Shown one piece after another: positions 46,727 through 55,577 of a DNA stretch of 64,000 nt. A program made the position numbers and the translations under genes. Source of the DNA: an uncultured Eubacteriales bacterium (GTDB taxonomy: Bacteria > Bacillota > Clostridia > Christensenellales > Aristaeellaceae). Positions within the stretch are counted from its first letter, which is position 1, and each line of letters opens with the position of its first letter. Location of the stretch: NCBI GenBank assembly GCA_902761755.1, contig CACWLP010000002.1, forward strand, positions 26,935 to 90,934, written 5' to 3'. Under the pieces are notes generated by a model. That model made no database searches, was not told where the DNA came from, and was given only the letters and a program-made list of their open reading frames with translations.

Positions 46727-47696
46727 GCATCTGGCGGACTTGGCGGCCCGCTTTTCCTCGCGCATCCTGTTTGAGCACCGGAGCCGCATCATCAACGGGA
46801 AATCCATGCTGGGGCTCCTGTCCCTGGGCGATACGAAGGGAGAAACGGTGGAATTGATCTGCGACGGCCCGGATGAAGAAGCCGCCGCCCGGGCCATCCG
46901 GGAGCATCTGCTGCTGGGCGAAGCGCCGCCCAAATCCGCCGCGGACGCCTGGGCGCTGATGCAGCGGGTGAAGGACCGGTTCGCCGCCATCCTGAACGAA
47001 AACCTGGTGGGGCTGTACCTGCACGGGTCCCTGGCGGCGGGGTGTTTTCAGTGGGCGCACAGCGATATTGATTTTCTTGCCGTGGTGAAAAAAGCCCCTT
47101 CCCTGCGGGTCAAAACCGCGCTGCTGACCGCCCTGCGGGAAATCGAGAAGGACGCGCCGCCCAAGGGCATCGAAATGAGCGTGCTGCTGGCGCAGGACTG
47201 CCGGGACATCCGGTATCCCATCCCCTTTGCGCTGCACTATTCCTCCGGGCACCGCGCGGCCTTCGACCAGGACCCCAAGGGCTTCTGCGAACGCATGCAC
47301 GGCACGGACCCGGACCTGACCGCCCATATCCTCTGCCTCCACGCCTTCGGCCGGGCGGTGCTGGGGCCGGATATCCCCCGGGTGTTCGATCAGGTGAAGC
47401 GGGAGGACGTGCTACGCGCCCTCCGGGCTGACGCGGACGACGCCCGGGAGCATCTGCACGAAAACCCCATCTATTTCGTGCTGAACCTGTGCCGGGCCCT
47501 GGCCTACGTGCGGCAGGGCCTGGTGCTGCCTAAAAAGGACGGCGGCGAATGGGCGCTGCGGGAAGCCCCCCAGCAGTATCAGCCCCTGATCCAGGCGGCG
47601 CTGAACGCCTACGCTTCCGGCCTGGACATGACCTACGACGAAGGGCAGGCGGAGGATTTCTGCCTGGACGCCCTGGAAGAAATCGACCGCGCATAA
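46668..47696 (+). CDS. Fusion ORF: N-terminal HPr/Crh-like domain plus C-terminal AadA-like nucleotidyltransferase (DUF4111-type tail)
   Basis: GAGAGGAAGGA Shine-Dalgarno. Residues 1-88 resemble HPr (INGKSMLGLLSLG is the Ser46 region; there is no His15 motif). Residues about 100-342 contain LVGLYLHGSLAAG...HSDIDFLAVV (GS...DxD nucleotidyltransferase motif). There is no stop between the two parts. Confidence 0.65.
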   Translation: MVRLTLDLTGVTPMTRMQTEHLADLAARFSSRILFEHRSRIINGKSMLGLLSLGDTKGETVELICDGPDEEAAARAIREHLLLGEAPPKSAADAWALMQRVKDRFAAILNENLVGLYLHGSLAAGCFQWAHSDIDFLAVVKKAPSLRVKTALLTALREIEKDAPPKGIEMSVLLAQDCRDIRYPIPFALHYSSGHRAAFDQDPKGFCERMHGTDPDLTAHILCLHAFGRAVLGPDIPRVFDQVKREDVLRALRADADDAREHLHENPIYFVLNLCRALAYVRQGLVLPKKDGGEWALREAPQQYQPLIQAALNAYASGLDMTYDEGQAEDFCLDALEEIDRA

Positions 47697-47715
47697 CAGA
47701 AACGGAGGAGAAACC

Positions 47716-48378
47716 ATGCGGAAAATCATTGCGGTATTATTGGCCCTGTGCCTGACGGCGGGAGCGCTGCCCGTGCTGGCGGAAGGCGCCGGCGGGAACA
47801 TCCTGACCATGCTGCAGGAAAAAATGAAGAACGACATGACCACCCGGGAGGAACCGGCGCCGGCGGGCCCTGTCCAGGCGGAGCCCGACGAAGAAGAGCT
47901 CTCCCCCCTGGAGGAGGATCCGGCCCGGGTGGCGGTGAACCTGCAGGCCATCAAGGTGATGCTGGATGAGAACGATTTGAAATTCACCTACCAGGAGGAG
48001 CAGGACAGCTTCCTGCTCAAGTATACCCTGGATTCGGATATGGACGCCGCGGACGTCTGGCTGACGGCGTATGACGACGGCGTATGGGTGCGGATCGATT
48101 ATGAAGAGGAGATCCCGGAGGACAAATGGGAGCAGCTGATGATCCTCTGCTCCCTGTTCAACGAGGAAATGCGCCTGGGCTGCTTCTATGTGGACCGGGA
48201 AAACGCCTCCATGGGCTACCGCTTCTTCCTGTATACCGATGTTCTGCCCCCCACCCAGCACGCCCTGGCCTTTGCCCTGGTGCTGGGGATCAGCATGCTG
48301 GAATACCGCGGGGAGGCCGTTGCAGCGGTGCTCAACGGGAACATGTCCGCCTGGGACGCCTACGCGATGCTCGACTGA
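47716..48378 (+). CDS. Secreted hypothetical protein; the C-terminal half is tentatively YbjN-like
   Basis: Signal peptide MRKIIAVLLALCLTAGALPVLAEG, an acidic linker, then FTYQEEQDSFLLKY...LMILCSLFNEEMRLGCFYVDRENASMGYRFFL. The YbjN assignment is from memory only. Confidence 0.5.
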   Translation: MRKIIAVLLALCLTAGALPVLAEGAGGNILTMLQEKMKNDMTTREEPAPAGPVQAEPDEEELSPLEEDPARVAVNLQAIKVMLDENDLKFTYQEEQDSFLLKYTLDSDMDAADVWLTAYDDGVWVRIDYEEEIPEDKWEQLMILCSLFNEEMRLGCFYVDRENASMGYRFFLYTDVLPPTQHALAFALVLGISMLEYRGEAVAAVLNGNMSAWDAYAMLD

Positions 48379-48409
48379 CGCCGGCCTTGCCTGAACGCAC
48401 TTTCGGAAC

Positions 48410-48436
48410 GCCTCCTCTTCCGGGGAGGCTTTTTTG
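48410..48436 (+). terminator. Rho-independent terminator
   Basis: GCCTCC tcttccgg GGAGGC, followed by TTTTTTG. Confidence 0.65.
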
Positions 48437-48479
48437 CTGCGTCCGGCCGGTTTTTTTGCCGGGATTGCCGGGCTGCAGG

Positions 48480-48507
48480 TTGACAAAACCCCGCGATTCA
48501 TTATAAA
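48480..48507 (+). promoter_or_regulatory. Candidate typA promoter
   Basis: TTGACA (48480-48485), 16-nt spacer, TATAAA (48502-48507). Confidence 0.5.
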
Positions 48508-48549
48508 ATCAAATGTTGGCGAATTTGCCGACTGAAAGGGAGAAACCGT

Positions 48550-50373
48550 ATGATTCGCAATGATATCCGCAATATCGCCATTATCGCTCACGTGGACCAC
48601 GGCAAAACCACCCTCGTGGACCAGATGCTGCGCCAGGGCGGCGTTTTCCGCCAGAACCAGCAGGTGGCCGAGCGCGTGATGGATTCCAACGACCTGGAGC
48701 GGGAACGCGGCATCACCATCCTGGCGAAAAACACCGCCGTACATTACGGGAACGCGAAAATCAACATCGTGGACACCCCCGGCCACGCCGATTTCGGCGG
48801 GGAAGTGGAGCGGGTGCTGAAGATGGTGGACGGGGTGCTGCTGCTGGTGGACAGCTTCGAGGGCCCCATGCCCCAGACCCGGTTCGTGCTGCAGAAGGCG
48901 CTGGGGCTGCGGCTGCCGGTGCTGCTGGTGATCAATAAGGTGGACCGGCCCGACGCCCGTTGCGAGGAAGTGGTGGACGAGCTGGTGGATCTTCTGATCG
49001 AACTGGACGCCGATCCCGCCACGCTGGACCGGCCCATCATCTACGCCTCCGCCCGGCAGGGCACCGCCACGTTGGATCCGGCGGTTCCCGGCAAGGACCT
49101 GCGGCCTTTGTTTGACGCCATCATGGAATACATTCCCGCGCCGGAGGGCGACCCGGACGGGCCCGCCCAGGTGCTGATTTCCACCATCGACTACAACGAT
49201 TACGTGGGCCGCATCGGCATCGGCCGCATCAGCCGCGGCACATTGAAGGACAATATGATGGTGGTGCGCTGCAACGCCCAGACGGGGCAGGTATCCGCCC
49301 CCTGGCGGCTGACGGGCCTGAGCCTATACGACGGGCTCAAGCGCGTGGGCGCCGAAACCGTGGGCATGGGCGACATCGTGGCGCTCACCGGCCTTGCGGA
49401 TATTTCCATCGGCGACACGGTGTGCGATCCCGCCTGCCCGGAGGCGCTGCCCTTCGTGGCCATCACCGAGCCCACCGTCACCATGACCTTCTCCGTCAAC
49501 GATTCTCCCTTTGCCGGCCGGGAAGGCCAGTACGTCACCAGCCGCCATCTGCGCGCCCGGCTGTACCGGGAATTGGAAACCGACGTGAGCCTGCGGGTCA
49601 AGGACGGGGAGACTCCGGACCAGTTCGAGGTCTGGGGCCGGGGTGAACTGCACCTCTCCATCCTCATCGAAACCATGCGCCGGGAGGGGTATGAGTTCCA
49701 GGTGAGCAAGCCGGAGGTCATCTATCGCTGGGAAAACGGCGCAAAGCAGGAGCCCATCGAGCGCATGGTGGCGGACGTGCCCCAGGCCTACGCCGGGGCC
49801 GTGATCGAGAAGATCGGCCGCCGCCGGGGCACTCTGGAATCCATGGGCGGCAGCGACCGGGTGCGGCTGGAATTCCTGGTGCCCAGCCGCGGGCTGTTCG
49901 GCTACCGCAGCGAATTCATGACCGATACCCGGGGCGAGGGCATCATGAGCGCCGTGTTCGATCATTACGAGGATTACAAGGGCGATATTCCCCACCGGAA
50001 CGTGGGCGCCCTGGTGTGCTACGAGACCGGCGAAACCACCCAGTACGCCCTGTTCAACGTGCAGGACCGGGGCACCCTGTTTATCGGCAGCCAGGTGCCC
50101 GTGTACGGCGGCATGATCTGCGGCGAAAGCAGCCGGCCCGGTGACATCGTGGTGAACGTGTGCAAGGCCAAGCACGTCACCAACATGCGCAACGCCTCCG
50201 CCTCGGAGGACAGCCTGCGCCTGGTGTCCATCCATCCGCTGACGCTGGAGGAGTGCCTGGAATTCATCGACGACGACGAATTGCTGGAGATCACGCCCAA
50301 ATCCCTGCGCATGCGCAAGCGGGAGCTGAGCCACGAGCAGCGGGCGAAGGCCGCCGCCCGGGCCAAGCAGTAA
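48550..50373 (+). CDS. typA: Translational GTPase TypA/BipA
   Basis: [38 protein letters not shown]. 607 aa. Confidence 0.95.
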   Translation: MIRNDIRNIAIIAHVDHGKTTLVDQMLRQGGVFRQNQQVAERVMDSNDLERERGITILAKNTAVHYGNAKINIVDTPGHADFGGEVERVLKMVDGVLLLVDSFEGPMPQTRFVLQKALGLRLPVLLVINKVDRPDARCEEVVDELVDLLIELDADPATLDRPIIYASARQGTATLDPAVPGKDLRPLFDAIMEYIPAPEGDPDGPAQVLISTIDYNDYVGRIGIGRISRGTLKDNMMVVRCNAQTGQVSAPWRLTGLSLYDGLKRVGAETVGMGDIVALTGLADISIGDTVCDPACPEALPFVAITEPTVTMTFSVNDSPFAGREGQYVTSRHLRARLYRELETDVSLRVKDGETPDQFEVWGRGELHLSILIETMRREGYEFQVSKPEVIYRWENGAKQEPIERMVADVPQAYAGAVIEKIGRRRGTLESMGGSDRVRLEFLVPSRGLFGYRSEFMTDTRGEGIMSAVFDHYEDYKGDIPHRNVGALVCYETGETTQYALFNVQDRGTLFIGSQVPVYGGMICGESSRPGDIVVNVCKAKHVTNMRNASASEDSLRLVSIHPLTLEECLEFIDDDELLEITPKSLRMRKRELSHEQRAKAAARAKQ

Positions 50374-50383
50374 ACGGGGAGGG

Positions 50384-50751
50384 ACGCTGGGGCTGTGCGC
50401 CCCAGACCCGCACCAGGGGGATGATCCCCCTGGACCCGCGGCTGCGGAACAGACGAAACGGCTAAAGCTTACGGTGTGCCGCTGTTACTTGGAAGAACGG
50501 CCGCCGCTCCTGGGCGGCCAGCGAAGCTGGCCTGTGGTGCGCAAAGCGCACCGGAGCAACAGGAAAAACCCTCGGGGGAAAACGAGCTTTCCCCCGAGGG
50601 TTTTCTCTGTTGTTCCAGGCCCAGGAGCTCTCTTTATCGGCCCTTGCCAAACGGACGAAACCCGTTTGTTTTCTTATTTGGCCTGATTCCCAGTGATGGG
50701 TCCAGGGAGGGAACCTCCCTGGTTGGGGTCTGGGGCGAAGAGCCCCAGCGT
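50384..50751. repeat. MITE-like intergenic element, copy 2, with about 55-60-bp terminal inverted repeats
   Basis: Left end 50384-50447 is ACGCTGGGGCTGTGCGCCCCAGACCCGCACCAGGGGGATGATCCCCCTGGACCC. The reverse complement of 50698-50751 is ACGCTGGGGCTCTTCGCCCCAGACCCCAACCAGGGAGGTTCCCTCCCTGGACCC. It fills the typA/lipase intergenic gap almost exactly. Confidence 0.7.
50564..50610. terminator. Bidirectional terminator at the centre of the element
   Basis: AAAACCCTCGGGGGAAA acgagc TTTCCCCCGAGGGTTTT (17-bp stem). It can serve typA (+) and the lipase operon (-). Confidence 0.8.
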
Positions 50752-50761
50752 TCTCTCCTGG

Positions 50762-51907
50762 TCACGGCTTGAGCAGGGTCATCCACGCGCCGTAGGTGGC
50801 GGGCATGTGGGCGGAGAAAACCGCCACCACGCCGCCGCTGCCCAGCAGCAGCCGGATGGCGTCCACCGCGGGAGTCAGATCGTTCTGCGCGGGCTGGACG
50901 GAGGTGATCAGCTGCATGATTTCCGTGTTCTGGCCGTGGAGCATGAAGCTGATCAGGTTTTCCATCAGCTGCCAGCCGGTGATGCCCTCCTCCCCGGTAG
51001 CGGCGGCTCCGGGATGGAGCAGCGCGTGGCGCAGGGTGTAGGCCTCCCGGACGGTGGCCATGGGCACGGTCATGCCCTCGGTCCATTGGCGGGCGTCCTC
51101 GGCGGAGAGGGGCAGGGTGATGTCCTCGCCCAGCTTGTCGATCCGGGTTTCGTAGGCCTTAAGTACCGATTGCCATTCCGCGTCGGTGGCGTCGTCCACC
51201 GGCAGGATCATATCCCGGCCGTAGCGGGTGAAGCCCCACTGGGGGAAGGGCAGGTAAGTGACGATGTCGGCGGGGTTGATGACGTTGAAGATATTGGCGT
51301 AATAGGGCACCTCGCCCCGGACGGTGCGGGGGCAGGCCAGGGCATAGCCGTACACGTTTTCGCTGCCGTAGCGGTCCGTCAGGAGCGCGGAGAGCAGATT
51401 GGCCACCGCCGCGCCCCGGCTGTGGCCCGTCACCAGGAATTTAGGGCCGGTCAGGCCGTTCAGGTAATCCGCCTGAGTGTCCAGGATGTCTTTGGCCGCC
51501 AGGTAGAAATTCTCCGCATAGGGCAGATCGTAATCCCCGGAGGGCGCGATATCCATGTTCAGGGCCCATTCCGCGTTCACCGTGCCCCGAATGGCGATGA
51601 CCACCGCCCTGCCGCCGTCCTCCAGTTCCTTGTCAAACAGCGCGTAGCCCACCGTATGGCGGGTGTCGGCGGGGTCCCGGTCCATGTTCCAGTCGCCCAC
51701 CTTTGTGTAGCCCAGGCCCGTCATGTACAGCTCCTGCAGGAAAAGGGAATAGCACATTTCGGAGATGCTCAGGCACTGCTGGGCCAGCACGGGATTGTAC
51801 CGGTCGCTGGGCACATCGTAAAACTGCAGGGGCGCTTCCGCCCGGGCCGCGGGCAGGCAGCTCCAGAGCAACAGCGCGGCGCAGGCCAGGGACAGGATTC
51901 TTTTCAC
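50762..51907 (-). CDS. Secreted class-3 lipase/esterase-family protein
   Basis: GTG start 8 nt after AAGGAGG. Signal peptide (V)KRILSLACAALLLWSCLPAARA. Nucleophile elbow VTGHSRGAAVANLL. Confidence 0.75.
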   Translation of the reverse strand: MKRILSLACAALLLWSCLPAARAEAPLQFYDVPSDRYNPVLAQQCLSISEMCYSLFLQELYMTGLGYTKVGDWNMDRDPADTRHTVGYALFDKELEDGGRAVVIAIRGTVNAEWALNMDIAPSGDYDLPYAENFYLAAKDILDTQADYLNGLTGPKFLVTGHSRGAAVANLLSALLTDRYGSENVYGYALACPRTVRGEVPYYANIFNVINPADIVTYLPFPQWGFTRYGRDMILPVDDATDAEWQSVLKAYETRIDKLGEDITLPLSAEDARQWTEGMTVPMATVREAYTLRHALLHPGAAATGEEGITGWQLMENLISFMLHGQNTEIMQLITSVQPAQNDLTPAVDAIRLLLGSGGVVAVFSAHMPATYGAWMTLLKP

Positions 51908-52563
51908 AGAGAAAACCTCCTTACGTCGATTTGTTTTACCGCGGCGGGCAGGCCGGAAAGGCTGTCCACCGTCCGGTCCGGCGCATAGGCCGGGGACCGG
52001 GGGCATTGCAGGGCGCCGAAGCCCCGGCGCACCCATACCGTGCGCATGCCCAGGGCTTTGGCGGGGAAAACGTCGTTATCCAGCCGGTCGCCGGCCATGA
52101 GCGCCTCTTCCGGGGCGCAGCCCGCCTTTTCCAGCGCCAGGCGGAAGAGGGCGGGGGCCGGCTTCATGACGCCCGCTTCCCAGGAGGAAACCACCAGGGA
52201 AAAGAACGGGCGGATGCCCAGGGCGGAGAGCCGCCCCTCCAGGCCGGAGAGCTGATTGGCGATGACGCCCAGGCGGTATTTTCCGCAAAGGGCGCAAAGG
52301 GCGTCCGGGGCGTCGGGGTACAGCGTTTCCAGTTCGGCGCGGTAGGGGACGGCCCGGGAAAGGCCCAGCTTTCCGATGGCTGTGCGGTACTGGGGCAGGT
52401 ACGCCCGGGAAGCGTTTTCGATCTCCGCATAGATCATTTCCGCCGTGACGCCCTTTTCCTGCGCCTCCGGCGTGGCCGCCTGCTCCCGGCATCTTTCGCG
52501 CCAGACGGCGTCCTCGTTCACCAGGGTGTACCCCATGTCCAGAAAAATCCATTGGATTGCCAT
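51904..52563 (-). CDS. HAD-superfamily hydrolase (subfamily IA-like)
   Basis: IFLDMGYTLV (DxG/DxT-type motif I variant), VVSSWEAGVMKP, and MAGDRLDNDV (motif IV). Confidence 0.7.
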   Translation of the reverse strand: MAIQWIFLDMGYTLVNEDAVWRERCREQAATPEAQEKGVTAEMIYAEIENASRAYLPQYRTAIGKLGLSRAVPYRAELETLYPDAPDALCALCGKYRLGVIANQLSGLEGRLSALGIRPFFSLVVSSWEAGVMKPAPALFRLALEKAGCAPEEALMAGDRLDNDVFPAKALGMRTVWVRRGFGALQCPRSPAYAPDRTVDSLSGLPAAVKQIDVRRFSL

Positions 52564-52575
52564 GGAGTCTCCTTT

Positions 52576-53535
52576 CTACGCGGGCGGAACAAAACGGGGC
52601 GGGGACAGCACCCGGCTTTCGCGGAACAGCGCCGCCGCCGCGTCGGTGTAGCCTTCCAGATCGGTGGTCTGCCGTAAGACGCGCATCCGCTTCGGCGGAT
52701 GATCCAGCGCGAAGCCCAGATAGCCCATTACGGCGTGCATCCGCCCCACGGCGGCGCTTGCGGGCCAGACGCGCAGGTATTCCCGCAGCAGCGCGTCGTG
52801 GAAGGCGATCAGCTCCGGCAGATTGATCCCTTCGCCGCCCAGGATCTCCCGGGCCAGGGCGGGGTTTGTCACCATCCCTCTCCCCAGCATCAGCCCCTCC
52901 GCCCCCGGATGGTCCCCAAGGAAATCCCAGGCGTCCCGGGCGGTGAACAGATCGCCGTTCCAGATCACGGGAAACGGGGCGGCGCGCCGGGCCTGATCGA
53001 AGCAAAGAGGGCGGGGGGAGAAGCGATACTGCTCCCGACCCGTGCGGGGATGCAGGATCCACTCGGAAAAGGGATACCGGATCACCAGGCGCATCAGCTG
53101 CGGCCATTCCCCTTCATCGTCCATGCCGATCCTGCTTTTCACCGACAGGGGCAGGGGACAGGCGGCGAACACCGCGTCCAGGAAACGGGCCAGGGCATCA
53201 GGATCCCGCAGCGCCCCCGCGCCCTTGCCCTTGGCGGTGACGGTGCCGGAGGGACAGCCCAGGTTCAGGTTGATTTCCGTATAGCCCAGATCCCGCAGCA
53301 TCCGGGCCGCGCCCAGGAAATGCTCCGGGTCCTTCGCCAGGATCTGGGGCACGGCGGGAACGCCCGCGTTGGCTTCCGGCGACAGATCGTACATTTCCCG
53401 TTTCGTAAAGGACAGGGAAGCGGAGGGGCTGATGAAGGGCATGAAGTATTTCTCCACGCCTGGGAACATGCGGCGGTGCACCCGGCGGAACACCGCGTCG
53501 GTGAAGCCCTCCATGGGGGCGAAATACAGCTTCAT
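52576..53535 (-). CDS. tRNA-dihydrouridine synthase family protein
   Basis: MKLYFAPMEGFTD, INLNLGCPS, and HPRTGREQY with a downstream NGD. Confidence 0.8.
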   Translation of the reverse strand: MKLYFAPMEGFTDAVFRRVHRRMFPGVEKYFMPFISPSASLSFTKREMYDLSPEANAGVPAVPQILAKDPEHFLGAARMLRDLGYTEINLNLGCPSGTVTAKGKGAGALRDPDALARFLDAVFAACPLPLSVKSRIGMDDEGEWPQLMRLVIRYPFSEWILHPRTGREQYRFSPRPLCFDQARRAAPFPVIWNGDLFTARDAWDFLGDHPGAEGLMLGRGMVTNPALAREILGGEGINLPELIAFHDALLREYLRVWPASAAVGRMHAVMGYLGFALDHPPKRMRVLRQTTDLEGYTDAAAALFRESRVLSPPRFVPPA

Positions 53536-53536
53536 A

Positions 53537-54715
53537 TCAGTACTTCATGATCAGATGGGCGACTTTTTTGCCCATGCGGTACAGGGGGCCTTCCAGCTCC
53601 TTTTTCGCGCTTTTGAGCATATCCCGGATGGGGATGTGCTGGGGGCAGTGCGTTTCGCATTTGCCGCAGCCCACGCACATGGAGGCCCCGGTGGCGTTCT
53701 TGCGCAGGGCCGTGCACATGAAGTATTCCTTGAGCCCGGCGAACCGGCCGTCGGAATACAGGCGGTTCCAGGCGGCGAAGGTGCCGGGGATATCCACGTG
53801 ATTCGGGCAGGGCATGCAGTAGCGGCAGCCGGTGCAGCCCACCTTCATCCGGGCGTTGATGTGCCCCGCCACGGCCTTGAGCAGCTCCCGGTCGCTTTCG
53901 GCAAGGCACCCGGGGCAGGCGTCCTCCGCGGCCCGGACGTTTTCCTGCACCATTTCCAGGCTGTTCATGCCGGAGAGCACGCAGGTGACCTCCTTCTGAT
54001 CCCACAGCCAGCGGAAGGCCCATTCCGCAGGGGAACGCTTTTCCGGGTATTCCCGGAAGGCCTCCAAAGCCTCCTTGGGCAGATGATGCACCAGCCTTCC
54101 GCCCCGCAGCGGCTCCATGATGATCACGGGCAGGCCCTTCTGCGCGGCGTAGCGCAGGCCCGTCACCCCGGCCTGGCTGTTCTCGTCCATGTAGTTGTAC
54201 TGGATCTGGCAGAAATCCCAGTCGTAGGCGTCCACCAGGCGGCAGAACATATCCGAATTGCCGTGGTAGGAAAAGCCGATCTGCCGGATCTGGCCGCTTT
54301 TCTTTTTTTCCGCCAGCCATTCCTGCATGCCCAGCGCGCACACCCTTTCCCAGGAGCCCACGTCGGTGAGCATGTGCATCAGGTAATAGTCCACGTGGTC
54401 GGTGCGCAGCCGCCGCAGCTCCTCCCGGAAGATCTTTTCCATGGCGTCCGGCTTTTTGATGTAATAATGCGGCAGCTTGGTGGCGATATATACCCGGTCC
54501 CGGGCGGCGTTGCGTTCCAGGATCTCGCCCAGGGCGGCCTCGCTGCCGGGATAAATGTACGCGGTGTCGAAATAATTCACGCCGCCTTCGATGGCGGCCA
54601 TGATTTCCTTTTCCGCCTTGTCCAGGTCGATCCGGCCGGCCCGGGCCGTAAAGCGCATGCAGCCGAAGCCCAGGATGGAAAGATTATTCCCGTATCTGTC
54701 AGCGCGGTATTGCAC
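53537..54715 (-). CDS. Aldo/keto reductase with C-terminal 4Fe-4S ferredoxin-type domain
   Basis: LGFGCMRF, NYFDTAYIY and DYYLMH (AKR motifs), plus CTGCRYCMPC and CVGCGKCETHCP cysteine clusters. Confidence 0.8.
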   Translation of the reverse strand: MQYRADRYGNNLSILGFGCMRFTARAGRIDLDKAEKEIMAAIEGGVNYFDTAYIYPGSEAALGEILERNAARDRVYIATKLPHYYIKKPDAMEKIFREELRRLRTDHVDYYLMHMLTDVGSWERVCALGMQEWLAEKKKSGQIRQIGFSYHGNSDMFCRLVDAYDWDFCQIQYNYMDENSQAGVTGLRYAAQKGLPVIIMEPLRGGRLVHHLPKEALEAFREYPEKRSPAEWAFRWLWDQKEVTCVLSGMNSLEMVQENVRAAEDACPGCLAESDRELLKAVAGHINARMKVGCTGCRYCMPCPNHVDIPGTFAAWNRLYSDGRFAGLKEYFMCTALRKNATGASMCVGCGKCETHCPQHIPIRDMLKSAKKELEGPLYRMGKKVAHLIMKY

Positions 54716-54727
54716 GGCGACGCCTCC

Positions 54728-55450
54728 TTATTTCAGGATCTTTCGGATTTCAGCTTCTTTGGCGTCCGGGAATCGCCGGCGCATCCGGTCGTAAACCAGG
54801 GCCCTCGATTCCGCCGGCGCCGTCCGGTAGTCCGCGGTGACGGCGCCGTACCCCCACACGCTTTCCGGCTTCGCGTATACCGCCACGTGCCAGCCGTAAG
54901 GCGCGCCCTTTCTGTTCAGCCGGCAGCGGAAATCCCGGATCACCAGATAGGTCTGCATCATCAGATCGGTGATCACGCCTTCGAAGTTCTTTTCCCCGCC
55001 CGGGCCGAACCCGGCCTTCCGCTTCACGTCGAAGGAGTACATTTCCGCGTCCGTCTCAAACAGATCCATGATCTTTTTCTGGCGGAAGGGGGCTTTTTCG
55101 TCTTCCCAGCGGGAATCGAAATCGTATCCGTCCCGCCGCCAGTTGGCGAAGACGGGCAGCCATTTCAGGGAAATGAAGCCCGCCTTGCGATCGAAAAACT
55201 TGCCGTAGGCGGCCTTCCCGCCGTCGGCAAGGATGCGCCGCCATTCCCAGGGGTCGCTGCGCTCGTCGCCCGTCCACCAGGCGGCGGGAGCGGTGCGCTC
55301 CTCCACGGAAAACCCCGCTACGGAATTTTTGAACAGGGGCAGGAAGCCGATTTCGTCCACCAGGGATAGCAGGGCTTCCGGGGAACGCAGACAGCCGGCG
55401 TTCCGGGCGTCCGGCCCGTGCAGGATCCATTTGCCGTTTTCGCTGTCCAC
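54728..55450 (-). CDS. Conserved hypothetical protein (possibly of the family annotated AlkZ-related; unverified)
   Basis: GTG at 55450 is 8 nt after GGGAGGAAC. The upstream ATG at 55480 overlaps a TATAAT hexamer (55484-55479). No motif I can assign with certainty. Confidence 0.45.
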   Translation of the reverse strand: MDSENGKWILHGPDARNAGCLRSPEALLSLVDEIGFLPLFKNSVAGFSVEERTAPAAWWTGDERSDPWEWRRILADGGKAAYGKFFDRKAGFISLKWLPVFANWRRDGYDFDSRWEDEKAPFRQKKIMDLFETDAEMYSFDVKRKAGFGPGGEKNFEGVITDLMMQTYLVIRDFRCRLNRKGAPYGWHVAVYAKPESVWGYGAVTADYRTAPAESRALVYDRMRRRFPDAKEAEIRKILK

Positions 55451-55546
55451 CGCGCGTTCCTCCCTTCGCTTTCGCTTCATTATACTAAATTTCCGGATAA
55501 TTGAAAAGCAGAAAATGACGCCGTTGCCCCGGGAGCGGTTTTCTGT

Positions 55547-55552
55547 TACAAT
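55547..55552 (+). promoter_or_regulatory. Candidate -10 hexamer (TACAAT) of the NUDIX/phosphatase unit, with TTGCCC at -35 (55524-55529)
   Basis: TTGCCC, 17-nt spacer, TACAAT. The first in-frame ATG (55551) lies inside the hexamer. Confidence 0.4.
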
Positions 55553-55577
55553 GAAAGGGAAAAAGGAGGCGTTCGGG

